This document shows, one piece after another, positions 21,045 to 31,422 of a stretch of 64,000 bases of DNA. A model generated the notes under the pieces. It had not been told where the DNA came from and made no database searches. It saw nothing but the letters and a program-made list of their open reading frames with translations. Within the stretch, counting starts at the first letter, position 1. Every line of letters begins with the position of its first letter. Made by a program: the position numbers and the translations under genes. Source of the stretch: an uncultured virus (IMG/VR IMGVR_UViG_3300033075_000390) (taxonomy: Duplodnaviria > Heunggongvirae > Uroviricota > Caudoviricetes); the IMG/VR virus record IMGVR_UViG_3300033075_000390. One strand, given 5' to 3'.

Positions 21045-21800
21045 AACGTTTGTATGAAGCTAAATATACACAACAACAAAATTAAAAGCAAGAACTCTTT
21101 AGCACAAATACAATAATATTTAGATTGTTTGTGACTACTGTAGTATGTAACCAATACATATAACTAAATCTTATTTAAGTATCTTTATGTATTACTATAA
21201 TTTATATAATTACTATAGATATATCTATTAATCTTATATAAGGTATACTGTATGTAATACTAAATATAATTCTTATAATATATATATATATTTAGTATAC
21301 TTAAGTAAATTATAGTATTTAATATATATATATATATATCTTTATCATCTGATCTTGTACTTACTAGGATTCTAATATATAAATATTATTTAATCTAAAT
21401 ATATAAACCTAATCCCCTTCCCCTTGATTTCAATCATAAGTCCTTTGTTTTAGCTTGTCAAGAGGGTGTTTAAGTAAAGTTTTGTAACAACCTTATAAAT
21501 CAATAACTTGTATTTGGGTTCAGAAATACTTTGTAACGGGTTGTCCTATGGTGTTGTTATACTATAACACAAGATTATGTTACCAGTGCATCTGTGTATG
21601 CCTAAGTATTTGTACAGATATGGCATAGATTCAGATATGCACTCACTGAGCGTAGGGGATTAGCTAAACATAGTGTTTAAAGAGCCGTACAGTCGATTCT
21701 AGCGACTTTAGCGGTTTAGACGAATAGTTTTCTTGTTTGAGGATAAAACGTCTGTATGAGTGCCTGAGAGCGTAACACGGATTATTATGAAATGTTTTTA
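21045..21800. other. non-coding region between divergent arms; candidate replication origin
   Basis: No ORFs; very AT-rich block with (TA)n tracts about 21277-21340, then several hairpins. Confidence 0.5.
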
Positions 21801-21818
21801 GAGGTGGTATGATTTTGG

Positions 21819-21848
21819 TTGACAAGGCTGAGGTAGTTGGTGTAGGAT
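21819..21848 (+). promoter_or_regulatory. sigma70 promoter of the replication arm
   Basis: TTGACA-18-TAGGAT. Confidence 0.6.
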
Positions 21849-21886
21849 GTTTCTATCGAAATTAAGAAGTTCTAAGGAGAACACAA

Positions 21887-22597
21887 ATGAAATATATGGG
21901 TAGTAAAGCTCGTATCGCAAAGCACATTCTTCCAATCATGTTAGCTGAATGTGAAAAGCATGGAATTACAACATGGGTAGAACCGTTTGTTGGTGGTGCA
22001 AATATGATTGATAAAGTTCCTGATACGTTTGAGCGTGTTGGGTATGATTTAAATGATCATACAATACACGCTTTGATTGATATTCGAGAACAACCTGAAA
22101 AATTGTTCGATAGTTTCTCAAAAGAGTTAAGAGATTTCCATAAAAAGGGTAAAGCAAAGTCGCTCTATTCTCACGCCTGTATTGTAACATCATTCGGAGC
22201 TGACTTGAACGGTGGGTATGCACGAGAAAAAGGTAGTGATGATACGACTTTTTGTGGTTACGGGAAGCGAAATGCTTTAAAACAATCACCAAAAATCCAA
22301 AACGTGCAATTCATTTGCGATTCTTATGAAAACTTAGATTTTGAAAACTGTTTGGTTTATTGTGACCCTCCGTATCAGGGTACAACAGGGTATAAAACAG
22401 GAGCATTCGATCACGATAAGTTTTTTGATTGGTGCAGAGAGCAAGCGAAACGCAACATCGTATTTGTATCAGAGTACAACGCACCTGAAGATTTTGAATG
22501 TGTTTGGCAAGGTGAGATTAAGACAAATTTTGCATCAACCCGAAAGGCTGCTACACACAAGGCTGTGGAGAAACTATTTAAGGTAAACCCTGAATGA
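21887..22597 (+). CDS. DNA adenine methyltransferase (Dam/D12-like, alpha class)
   Basis: KYMGSK, EPFVGG SAM-binding motif and YCDPPY catalytic motif. Confidence 0.88.
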   Translation: MKYMGSKARIAKHILPIMLAECEKHGITTWVEPFVGGANMIDKVPDTFERVGYDLNDHTIHALIDIREQPEKLFDSFSKELRDFHKKGKAKSLYSHACIVTSFGADLNGGYAREKGSDDTTFCGYGKRNALKQSPKIQNVQFICDSYENLDFENCLVYCDPPYQGTTGYKTGAFDHDKFFDWCREQAKRNIVFVSEYNAPEDFECVWQGEIKTNFASTRKAATHKAVEKLFKVNPE

Positions 22598-22797
22598 ATA
22601 AACAATCTTTAGAATTACATATCGAAACGCTAACTCAAATGCTAGTAGGTTTGATTTTAGGGTATGTAATTCTTAGAGCGTTCGGATTAACAAATTCTCA
22701 AAGTATAACTTTACAGTTTATTTTCTTTGTTGTATCCTACGCTAGAAGTTACACGATATGTTGGTTGTTTAAAGAAGTTATCTTTAAGCAGAAATGA
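22594..22797 (+). CDS. small two-TM membrane protein
   Basis: Two hydrophobic segments, SYARSY motif; ATGA overlap with the MTase. Confidence 0.65.
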   Translation: MNKQSLELHIETLTQMLVGLILGYVILRAFGLTNSQSITLQFIFFVVSYARSYTICWLFKEVIFKQK

Positions 22798-22813
22798 TTT
22801 TAGGAGAAATGTT

Positions 22814-23611
22814 GTGAGTAAAGAAATGAAAGATACGAAAGAAGTTAAAGAATTGAGTGGGGTTGGAACAAAAATAATAGTAGGGGAGATTTTCGATACG
22901 TTAAATTATGGCAGACTCATAGTTACGGAATATAAAGACAGTTACAATTTAAAAGTTAAGTTTATGGAAACTGGGTACGAAACTGTAACAAAAGCAAACC
23001 AGTTAAGAAAAGGTGAGGTTAAAGATAGATTATTACCTTCAGTCTACGGTGTTGGTATCATTGGTGACACCGTAACTAAAGTTAATGGTAAAACTTTAAA
23101 AGAATATATATTGTGGAAAAGTATGCTGTGTAGATGTTATGATATAAAATATTCCAATAAGTACCCCACTTATCAAAATAGCGAGGTATCTGATAGTTTT
23201 AAATACTTCCCTTACTTTAAAGAGTGGTGCAATAAGCAAATTGGTTATGACCAGCAAGGTTGGGCTTTAGATAAAGATATTCTAGTTAAAGGAAATAAAT
23301 TATACTCTGAAGATACTTGTTGTTTTGTTCCTAAAGAGATTAACAATTTACTTGTTAAGTGCGATTCATCAAGAGGAGAGTACCCTGTAGGTGTAAGGTA
23401 TCGTAAAAGGTTTGATAAGTTTGAGTCACAGGTAACGTTATATGGTAAAATGGTATATTTAGGTACTTTTAATACACCTGAAGAAGCATTCTGTGCTTAC
23501 AAGGAGGTTAAAGAAGCTTACATTAAAGATGTAGCTGACAAGTGGAAAGATCGGATTGATCCTCGTGTTTATGATGCTTTAATGAATTATCAAGTTGAAA
23601 TAACAGATTAA
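22814..23611 (+). mobile_element. free-standing HNH-like/AP2 endonuclease, family copy 3
   Basis: WKSML.RCY, LDKDILVKGN.LYS..TCCFVP.EIN, ends EITD; GTG start after AGGAG. Confidence 0.8.
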
Positions 23612-23622
23612 GGAGAAAAGTT

Positions 23623-25443
23623 GTGAAAAAAGTTAAAGAAGTGCAAGGTACTGTTCTTGGGAAGTTCCCGTGTGGGAGCTGTGGTTCACAGGATAATTTA
23701 GTTGTCTATGTTAAGCATAACGAACAAGGTGAAGAGTACCTTGATGCTAGTTGTTTTACACCTAGCTGTGAGAACAAGTATATGACTGAAGCTATGTTGA
23801 AAGAACAAGGTGTATTGGATGAAAACACAGTAATTCCTAAAGTTAAACCAGTAGTTAAGACAGCTATCACGAAAGCGGAGTATAAGGCTCTTATTGCTCG
23901 TACAAGTCATGATACAACTCAACCTGATGGTAGTTTATATCGTTCTATTAAACCTGAAACAGCGCACTTCTACGGACATTTATTTGAGCGTGACTCTACT
24001 GGGGAAATTATCCGCACATATTACCCTGAGACAAAGAGTACATTTAAAGGTGAATTAAACTCTTTACGTGGTTATAAATCTCGTGATTTACCTAAAGCGT
24101 TTGGTCGTCATAATATTGGTATAGTTGGTACTAGCAATGATTTGAGCGGAAGTCATAAGTTTACTTCAGGAGGAAAGTGGTTACTGATTGTGGCGGGTGA
24201 AGAAGACAAGTTAGCTGCTGCACAAATGCTACGTGATTATCAAATTCAACGTAAGCAAGAGGATTATGATCGTATTGCGGTTGTTGGTATTCATTGTGGT
24301 GAAGGTAGTTTATCTAAAGTTTGTGCTAACAGTTATGATTTCATTGATAGCTTTGAAGAAGTCATCCTTTGTATGGATAATGACGAAGCAGGACGTAAAG
24401 CTGTTCAAGAAGCCATTAAGGTGTTGCCTGAAAACAAAGTAAAGGTTATGGTAACTTCACTTAAAGACTGTTCTGAGATGCTACAAACAGGTAAACAGAA
24501 GCAATTTATTAGTGACTTTTATAGTGCAAAACCTTTAACTCCTGATGAAGTTAAAACATCCAAACAAGCGGACGATGAGATTGAAGAGGAGTTAGGTCGT
24601 TGTAAAATTCCTTTACCTCCTTTCATGCACCGATTACAGAAACACATGGCTGGTGGTATCCCTTTAGGTTATATGATTAATCTAGGAGCTATCACAGGTG
24701 GAGGGAAAACGACCATCATTAATGAAATGATTTACTACTGGTTGTTCAACGCTGATGTTAAGATCGGTATCTTGAGTTTAGAATTAACAGCAGGACAATA
24801 CCAAACAACATTGTTGTCACGCCACATCGGGTTTAAACTAGCTTTGATTGAAGACCCGAAAGAGGCTGTAGCTTTTGTTAAACAACCTCACATTATTGAG
24901 AAACGTAAGGAGTTACGTGAAAATGAGTATGGGGAAGAGAGGTACGTTTTATTGGACGAACGCTCAGGAAGTCTTGAATCTGTTAAAAATCAAATTCTTA
25001 AACTAATTAAGAAATACGATTGTAAATTAATCGTCATCGATCCCGTTAACGATTTGTTCGAAAGTTGTAGCTTAGAACAACAGACAGGTTTTATTAAGTT
25101 TTTAAAGACTGTAATCAAAGATGGTGTTTCAATCTTTAATGTCTGCCACCTTACTAAAGGAAAAACGCAAACAGATCGTGATGGTAATCGTATAGTAAGA
25201 CGTTTAACCGAGGATGATTTCTCAGGCGTTAGTAACCTAGTTAAATCTGGTGGTTGTAATATTGCTGCTACTCGTGATAAACTTGCCGAAGATGAAACAG
25301 AACAGAACAGTACAGACATCGAAGTTTTAAAGTGCAGGTGGAGTGGAAATACAGGTTATGCTGGCAGTTGGTACTATGATAACCTGACACACACATTGTA
25401 TGATAAGGAAGATTTTATGGAAAAACAACGTAGTAATTTTTAA
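23623..25443 (+). CDS. DNA primase-helicase (T7 gp4-like)
   Basis: CGSCGSQD...C.T..C zinc domain, TOPRIM (GEED, MDNDEAG), DnaB-like GGGKTT Walker A, LELT, IVIDP, KCRWSG. Confidence 0.92.
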   Translation: MKKVKEVQGTVLGKFPCGSCGSQDNLVVYVKHNEQGEEYLDASCFTPSCENKYMTEAMLKEQGVLDENTVIPKVKPVVKTAITKAEYKALIARTSHDTTQPDGSLYRSIKPETAHFYGHLFERDSTGEIIRTYYPETKSTFKGELNSLRGYKSRDLPKAFGRHNIGIVGTSNDLSGSHKFTSGGKWLLIVAGEEDKLAAAQMLRDYQIQRKQEDYDRIAVVGIHCGEGSLSKVCANSYDFIDSFEEVILCMDNDEAGRKAVQEAIKVLPENKVKVMVTSLKDCSEMLQTGKQKQFISDFYSAKPLTPDEVKTSKQADDEIEEELGRCKIPLPPFMHRLQKHMAGGIPLGYMINLGAITGGGKTTIINEMIYYWLFNADVKIGILSLELTAGQYQTTLLSRHIGFKLALIEDPKEAVAFVKQPHIIEKRKELRENEYGEERYVLLDERSGSLESVKNQILKLIKKYDCKLIVIDPVNDLFESCSLEQQTGFIKFLKTVIKDGVSIFNVCHLTKGKTQTDRDGNRIVRRLTEDDFSGVSNLVKSGGCNIAATRDKLAEDETEQNSTDIEVLKCRWSGNTGYAGSWYYDNLTHTLYDKEDFMEKQRSNF

Positions 25444-25487
25444 ATAATAAACCCTCTTAACTAGAGGGTAACTGATCAGGAGACGTT

Positions 25488-26246
25488 ATGAGTTTAAAAG
25501 TCGGAGATATTCTACCTACATCACGATGGGGTGATATTAAAATTATAGATTATATTAATAGTAAAAACGTAACAGTAGAGTTTATAAATACGGGAGGTGT
25601 TAAAGTAACAAATAGTAGTAATATTTACAGAGGGGCTGTCAAGGATGAGTTACAACCCGATCTCGTTTATGGTGTTGGATATAACAACATAAAGAACTGT
25701 ATCAAGAAAGGGAGTGAGTATGAATTTGAATATAAGCTGCGGACTCGTATGCTTTGGAGATGTTACGACACAACCTATATGAAACAGTTTCCAACTTACG
25801 CCAATAAAACAGTAAGTGAAGAGTGGTTGATATTTAGTAACTTCGTTGAAGATGTTAGAAAATTTGTAGGTTACGATAAAGCTAAATATGAAACATGGGA
25901 GTTGGATAAGGATATTCTGGTTAAAGGTAATACTGTATACTCTAAAAGCACTTGTTGTTTTGCACCTAAACAGTTGAACTACCTACTTATCAATCCTAAA
26001 GGTAATAGAAATAATTACCCTATCGGTGTACACAAGAAGTGTGATCGTAAAAAGTATAGTGTTAAGATGAGTAAGGACAACATTAATGTTTCGTTAGGCG
26101 CTTTCGACACACCTGAAGAAGCTTTCTATGTTTACAAAGAAGCTAAAGAAACTTACATTAAAGAGGTAGCTGAAAAGTGGAAAGATCAGATCGACCCTAA
26201 AGTTTACGAAGCTTTAATGAAGTATGAGGTAGAAATAACCGACTAA
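25488..26246 (+). mobile_element. free-standing HNH-like/AP2 endonuclease, family copy 4
   Basis: ML.RCY, WELDKDILVKGN..YS..TCCF.P, ends EITD. Confidence 0.8.
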
Positions 26247-26329
26247 TGTGTAAACACTTATAGACAACACTGAACAGATAAGGTACTATTGCTTTATCTG
26301 TTCTTTTGCATTTTAAGAAGGAGTAAATT

Positions 26330-28534
26330 GTGTCAACAGAACTAAACTATATTCCAAATGATTATATCTTCGATATTGAATGTTACCCTAACGTGTTCAC
26401 ATTAGCCACGTCTTCTAGTGATGGTAAAGTGGTGCGTGTGTGGGAAGTATCAGATCGTATGAATCAAACGCAAGAGATTCTAAGTTACTTACGACATCTA
26501 GCTAAGAACAAACAACGTATGATTGGTTTTAACAACTTAGGATTTGACTATCCTGTTCTACATGCAATCATGGAACAAGCTAAAGAAGCTAAACGACAAG
26601 GTGTTCAATACTTTATTGATGCTGGTGAAGTTTATAATATTGCTATGGCTCAGATTCAAACAGCTCGTGATGGTTTTGCTAAGGTTATTAAGTCAGAAGA
26701 TGAAATTATTCCTCAGATTGATTTATTTAAGATTAATCACTTTGATAACAAAGCTCGTGCAACATCTTTGAAGATGCTTGAGTTTAATATGCTTTCAGAT
26801 AACATTGAAGATTTACCATTTCCTGTAGGTAAGTATTTAACTCATTCTGAAATTGATGTATTAAAGCACTACAACTTACATGACGTTTTAGAAACTAAGA
26901 AATTCTACCATCATAATATTCCAGCTATTCGTTTACGTGAAGATTTAAGTAAGAAGTATTCCTACAACTTTATGAATCATAACGATACAAAGATTGGTAA
27001 AGATTACTTTATTTTAGAGTTAGAGAAACACCAAAAAGGTATTTGTTATAAGGTAGATTCTTATGGTAGACGTAAGATGAATCAAACTAAGCACAAATCA
27101 ATTGCTCTAAAAGACTGTTTATTTGATTACTATGATTTTAAACGCCCTGAATTTATTGCTTTGAAAGATTGGTTTGCTAAACAAACAATCAAAGAAACTA
27201 AAGGTGTATTTACAGACATTGAAGAACATTTACTTGGTGATGTAGCTAAGTATGCTGAGATGGATGTTAAACGTATTAAGTTTAAATCCAAACCAACAGA
27301 GAAAGAGGTTAAAGACTTTCTTAAATTACATCCGTGTGGTTGGGTTGAAGAACAAGAGTTGAAAGCTTTAGAGACATTAAAAGATTCTCAAGGTAATCCT
27401 GTTAAAGAAACTTACATTGATGAGAAAACAGGTAAAGAGAAACAACGTGTAGTAAGAGTTCCAAAGATGTCTTATTATGGGTGTTTTAAGGTAGCTTCTT
27501 GTTTGAACGTAGTTGTTAATGGTTTCAGGTTAGATTTTGGTCAAGGTGGCGCACATGCGTCGTTATTATCAACAATTGTGAAAGCGGATGATTACTTCAA
27601 AGTCGAGGACGCAGATGTGTCATCATTTTATCCAAACATGGCAATCTCTAATAAGATTTATCCAATGCATTTAGGGGAGACATTTTGTACAATTTATAAA
27701 GATGTATATGTTCAGCGACAATCTTTCAAGAAAGGTACATCTGAGAATGCAATTATGAAATTGGCTTTAAATGGAGTATTTGGTGATTCGGGAAGTGAGT
27801 TTTCACCATTCTTTGATTCAAGTTTCTTATTGAAGATCACAATTAATGGTCAACTATCACTGTGCTTACTTGCTGAAAGACTATTGGGAATTCCAGAGTT
27901 ACAGGTTATTCAAGTAAACACTGATGGTATTACTGTGACATATCCAAGACAACATGAAGAGTTATATTATAAAATTTGTGATGATTGGCAGAAACACGTT
28001 AAATTAGAACTTGAATATGCTGATTACGAAAGTATGCACATTGCAAATGTAAATAATTATATTGCTCGTTATACAAACGGTAAGGTTAAACTTAAAGGAG
28101 CTTATGTATCAGGTGAATTAGGTTGGCATCAAAATCACTCTGCTAAAGTAATTCAGATGGCAGCAGCAGCAGAGATGTTAGATGGTATTCCTGTAGAAGA
28201 GTTTATTCGTAATCACAAGAATAAGTATGATTTCTTATTACGTACTAAAGTTCCTCGTTCTTCTAGTCTTGTGTTATTGACACAGATTGACGATGAAGGG
28301 TTAGAGTTTGAGGAAACTAAGTTACAAAATATTTGTCGTTATTATGCTTGTAAAGAAGGTGGAAAACTTGTTAAAGTAATGCCTCCACTTGAAGGAAGTA
28401 CAGAGTTCCGTAGAATCGGTATCGATACAGAATGGAATGTTAAAACGTGTAATAACATTGAAGCGTTCCGTTGGGATGTAGATTATGATTATTACATTAC
28501 AGAATCTAAAAAATTAGTTATTGAGGAGAAGTAA
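26330..28534 (+). CDS. family B DNA polymerase with 3'-5' exonuclease
   Basis: Exo motifs FDIE, FNNLGFD, YNLHDV; polymerase motifs DVSSFYPN, KLALNGVFG, NTDG. Confidence 0.9.
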   Translation: MSTELNYIPNDYIFDIECYPNVFTLATSSSDGKVVRVWEVSDRMNQTQEILSYLRHLAKNKQRMIGFNNLGFDYPVLHAIMEQAKEAKRQGVQYFIDAGEVYNIAMAQIQTARDGFAKVIKSEDEIIPQIDLFKINHFDNKARATSLKMLEFNMLSDNIEDLPFPVGKYLTHSEIDVLKHYNLHDVLETKKFYHHNIPAIRLREDLSKKYSYNFMNHNDTKIGKDYFILELEKHQKGICYKVDSYGRRKMNQTKHKSIALKDCLFDYYDFKRPEFIALKDWFAKQTIKETKGVFTDIEEHLLGDVAKYAEMDVKRIKFKSKPTEKEVKDFLKLHPCGWVEEQELKALETLKDSQGNPVKETYIDEKTGKEKQRVVRVPKMSYYGCFKVASCLNVVVNGFRLDFGQGGAHASLLSTIVKADDYFKVEDADVSSFYPNMAISNKIYPMHLGETFCTIYKDVYVQRQSFKKGTSENAIMKLALNGVFGDSGSEFSPFFDSSFLLKITINGQLSLCLLAERLLGIPELQVIQVNTDGITVTYPRQHEELYYKICDDWQKHVKLELEYADYESMHIANVNNYIARYTNGKVKLKGAYVSGELGWHQNHSAKVIQMAAAAEMLDGIPVEEFIRNHKNKYDFLLRTKVPRSSSLVLLTQIDDEGLEFEETKLQNICRYYACKEGGKLVKVMPPLEGSTEFRRIGIDTEWNVKTCNNIEAFRWDVDYDYYITESKKLVIEEK

Positions 28535-28723
28535 ATGGAAATTATTAAACGTGTAACAGACAGTCGTAAACGTACTTGGGAGTGTTTTGTTGATCGTTGT
28601 TACTACGATATGTATTGTGTACGAGTAGAGGGAGATAGAGATTTTAATTCTTCTTTATCTTTTCATTTCTGTACAGTAGAAGAAGCTTTTGATTTTATGA
28701 ATCTATTAAAACAATCTCATTGA
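28535..28723 (+). CDS. small hypothetical protein, paralog of 20689-20871
   Basis: Shared CYYD/DRDFNS/SFHF motifs. Confidence 0.75.
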   Translation: MEIIKRVTDSRKRTWECFVDRCYYDMYCVRVEGDRDFNSSLSFHFCTVEEAFDFMNLLKQSH

Positions 28724-28734
28724 GGAGAAGTAAT

Positions 28735-29064
28735 ATGAATGAAATTCTAATTATGCTATCAACTTTACTGTGTTGTCACTTTTTATTAGACTTTGCAATA
28801 CAAGGTGACTTCGTAGCTAAATTTAAAGCTAGGATTGTTGATGGTGAAAATAACATAATGTGGAAATGGGTACTGACAGCACATGCTGCATCGCACACCT
28901 TACCAGTAATTATACTTACAGAATCTTTAGCACTTAGTGGAATTATGTTCTTGTCACATTTTATAATTGATTTTCTAAAGTGCGAACAAAGAATTAATTT
29001 CAACCAAGATCAAACATTACATATTTTTGTGATATTGTTAATCACTTGGTTAAGTTTTGTATAA
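28735..29064 (+). CDS. membrane protein, DUF3307-like
   Basis: HF..DF..Q...K..H...H...HF.ID..K..DQ.LH pattern with TM helices. Confidence 0.7.
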   Translation: MNEILIMLSTLLCCHFLLDFAIQGDFVAKFKARIVDGENNIMWKWVLTAHAASHTLPVIILTESLALSGIMFLSHFIIDFLKCEQRINFNQDQTLHIFVILLITWLSFV

Positions 29065-29748
29065 GGAGTAACAAAATGAAAGCCTTGTTTAATATCAAAG
29101 ATATTTCTGGCATCAAAGATGGTATGCAATTTGATAGGAAGGTAACTTTTTATGATGACAAATCAGGAGAAGTTGAAGCTGAATATTTTTACTACAAAGG
29201 TATGTGTAATTATTTACTAAGTTGGGGTTTCTCAAAAGACAGTTTAGGTGAGTTACGTAAAACTAAAGCAAATAAAACTAAGAAACCGTTTTTCTCATTA
29301 CAAAAGGGTTGGTTTAAGGAGTAATACTATGAACGATAATATTTTATATGAACTGGTAGTAGAGAAGAACCACCTGCACCTAATCAAACAAAGCTTATCT
29401 CTACAAATCAACAACCTCTACGAAGCTGTAGATGCAGATATTGTTAATGCAGAGAAAGCTTATGAAGATATTAAAGTGCTAAACGATATGTTAGCTGTAC
29501 TTCGTGGTAGCTCTAGGGAGCTTAAGCAAACATCTCAGACAACAGGGTTAATTTGGTGTAAAGAAATTAACTTAGATGAAACAAAATCTTTTCTATAAAA
29601 TATTTAAATTATTTTGAAAAAGGTGTTGCGTATTGAAAACAAGTAAGATACAATACACCTCATGATCAGGAACAATTGATTGTATTTGATCATACACACT
29701 AACTATTCACTAAACATGAATTAAACATAAACTAAGAGGAAATTAAAC

Positions 29749-30357
29749 ATGGCTACATTAACACAAAACACTATCGAAGGTACTTTGGTATTCGTTACTG
29801 TTCAAACACCGCAAACTAAGTATCAATCGACAGACAAAGAGTTTAAGGTTGGCATCGTAGTAGATGAAGATACAGCAGATTCATGGAATGAACGCTTCCC
29901 TAAACAAACAGCTAAAGTTGTAAAGACTTCTGATTTTAAAGAGACATACAAGATTGATCCTGTATTCCCTGATGAGAAGAAACAGTATGTTATCACAATT
30001 AAGAAACCTGCTAACTACAAAGATGGAACACCTTTACCTCAGCAGTACACACCTAAAGTATTACTTCAAGATGGGAATACAGCTATTGATGTAACACAGT
30101 CAGTTCTACCTGCTAACGGTAGTAAAGGTAAGGTATCATTTGAAGAGAATAGTAATGACTTCGGTACGTTCTCTCGACTAAAGAATGTATTAGTTACTGA
30201 AATGATTGAGTACAAGAAAGGTGGAGGTAATGCTGCTGACGAGTTTGGATTAGAGGTACAAGGAGCTTCTGATTTTCAAGATATTCCTGAGAAACCTGTA
30301 ACAAAAGTTGCACCAAAGCCTCAAGAAGATGTAGATTCAGAATCATTACCGTTCTAA
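29749..30357 (+). CDS. single-stranded DNA-binding protein
   Basis: Position in replication module, NGS.G motif, acidic tail ending DSESLPF; own promoter TTGCGT-17-TACAAT upstream. Confidence 0.7.
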   Translation: MATLTQNTIEGTLVFVTVQTPQTKYQSTDKEFKVGIVVDEDTADSWNERFPKQTAKVVKTSDFKETYKIDPVFPDEKKQYVITIKKPANYKDGTPLPQQYTPKVLLQDGNTAIDVTQSVLPANGSKGKVSFEENSNDFGTFSRLKNVLVTEMIEYKKGGGNAADEFGLEVQGASDFQDIPEKPVTKVAPKPQEDVDSESLPF

Positions 30358-30430
30358 TGTAACCAAAGGAGAATGTATGTACTTTATGTTATTTGCATAC
30401 ATTCTTCACTATATAAATTAAGGAGAAGTT

Positions 30431-31089
30431 ATGATCAGTCGAAATGGCGTTGAGTTAGAAGTTGGTCAAAATGTTCTAGTTCTTCGTACGCCAGTTGTAG
30501 GACAACATGAATTTTATAATGGTGTGATAACCAAACTAACAGCAAAGCAAGTTATAGTTGAAGGAAATGGAAAACAGCGTAAGTGGAATTGGAAGAATGA
30601 GGAAGATACCTTCACGTTTGAATATAAACGATACCCTGAACAAGTTATCGTAAATTAAGGAGATTTAAAATGACTGAATATTATGTACAAGTAACTGCTG
30701 AATACTATAAAGGTTATACAGTAGAAGCTGACAGTGAAGATGAGGCAATGGAAATTGCTAAGGATAACTTTGAATACGATTATTCTAGTGGTTGGGATAG
30801 TCTTGATGTGAAAGCTGAGGAGATTTAAGTGCTAAATACAGCAATCTTAATTGCAACATTATTGGTGCTTGTAGTATCTGTTAAACGTCTGTATCGTACA
30901 TTAACATTAGGTTCTATGGAACAACTGGTTAAACGAGGTGAAGATGCTTTAACTAAACTAAAAGAAGATGCAAACAAACCTAACTCGAAAGGTGTATTTG
31001 TTTTTGCTTGGTTCTTTAGTGTTGTGTTGTTATCTGCAACAACAGCGTTGAGCGTATACATTTTAACTAACATTTTAAACTTTGCATAA
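30431..31089 (+). CDS. three small proteins (30431-30658; 30670-30828 V.A.SE.EA-type; 30829-31089 membrane)
   Basis: Each with a purine-rich RBS; 30670-30828 hand-translated. Confidence 0.6.
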
Positions 31090-31100
31090 GGGTAACACAA

Positions 31101-31334
31101 ATGAATTTAACTAAAGTAAAGCAACTATTAGAACGTATCATTTCTATTCATCAAGAGATTGATACTTTAAACGAAGAACTTAAAGACATTAAGACTGTAG
31201 TAGAGGAAGAGTTACCTGATATTAAGTTTGCTGATCTAAATAAGATCGGGAAGTTAACTGCCACATCGAAATTAGGTGAAACAGTAGCTAAACTTAATTC
31301 TTTCTTAAAACTTGAAGAAGCTGTTAATACTTAA
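31101..31334 (+). CDS. GapR/DUF2312-like DNA-binding protein
   Basis: K.LLERI..I..E...L.E.LKDI coiled pattern. Confidence 0.5.
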   Translation: MNLTKVKQLLERIISIHQEIDTLNEELKDIKTVVEEELPDIKFADLNKIGKLTATSKLGETVAKLNSFLKLEEAVNT

Positions 31335-31422
31335 TTAAGTATTAAGTGAATTATTCGAGTTAATTAGTTTTAACACAAGGAGAATACTCTAACAGGTGTT
31401 CTCCTTTCTTTGTTTATGAGGA

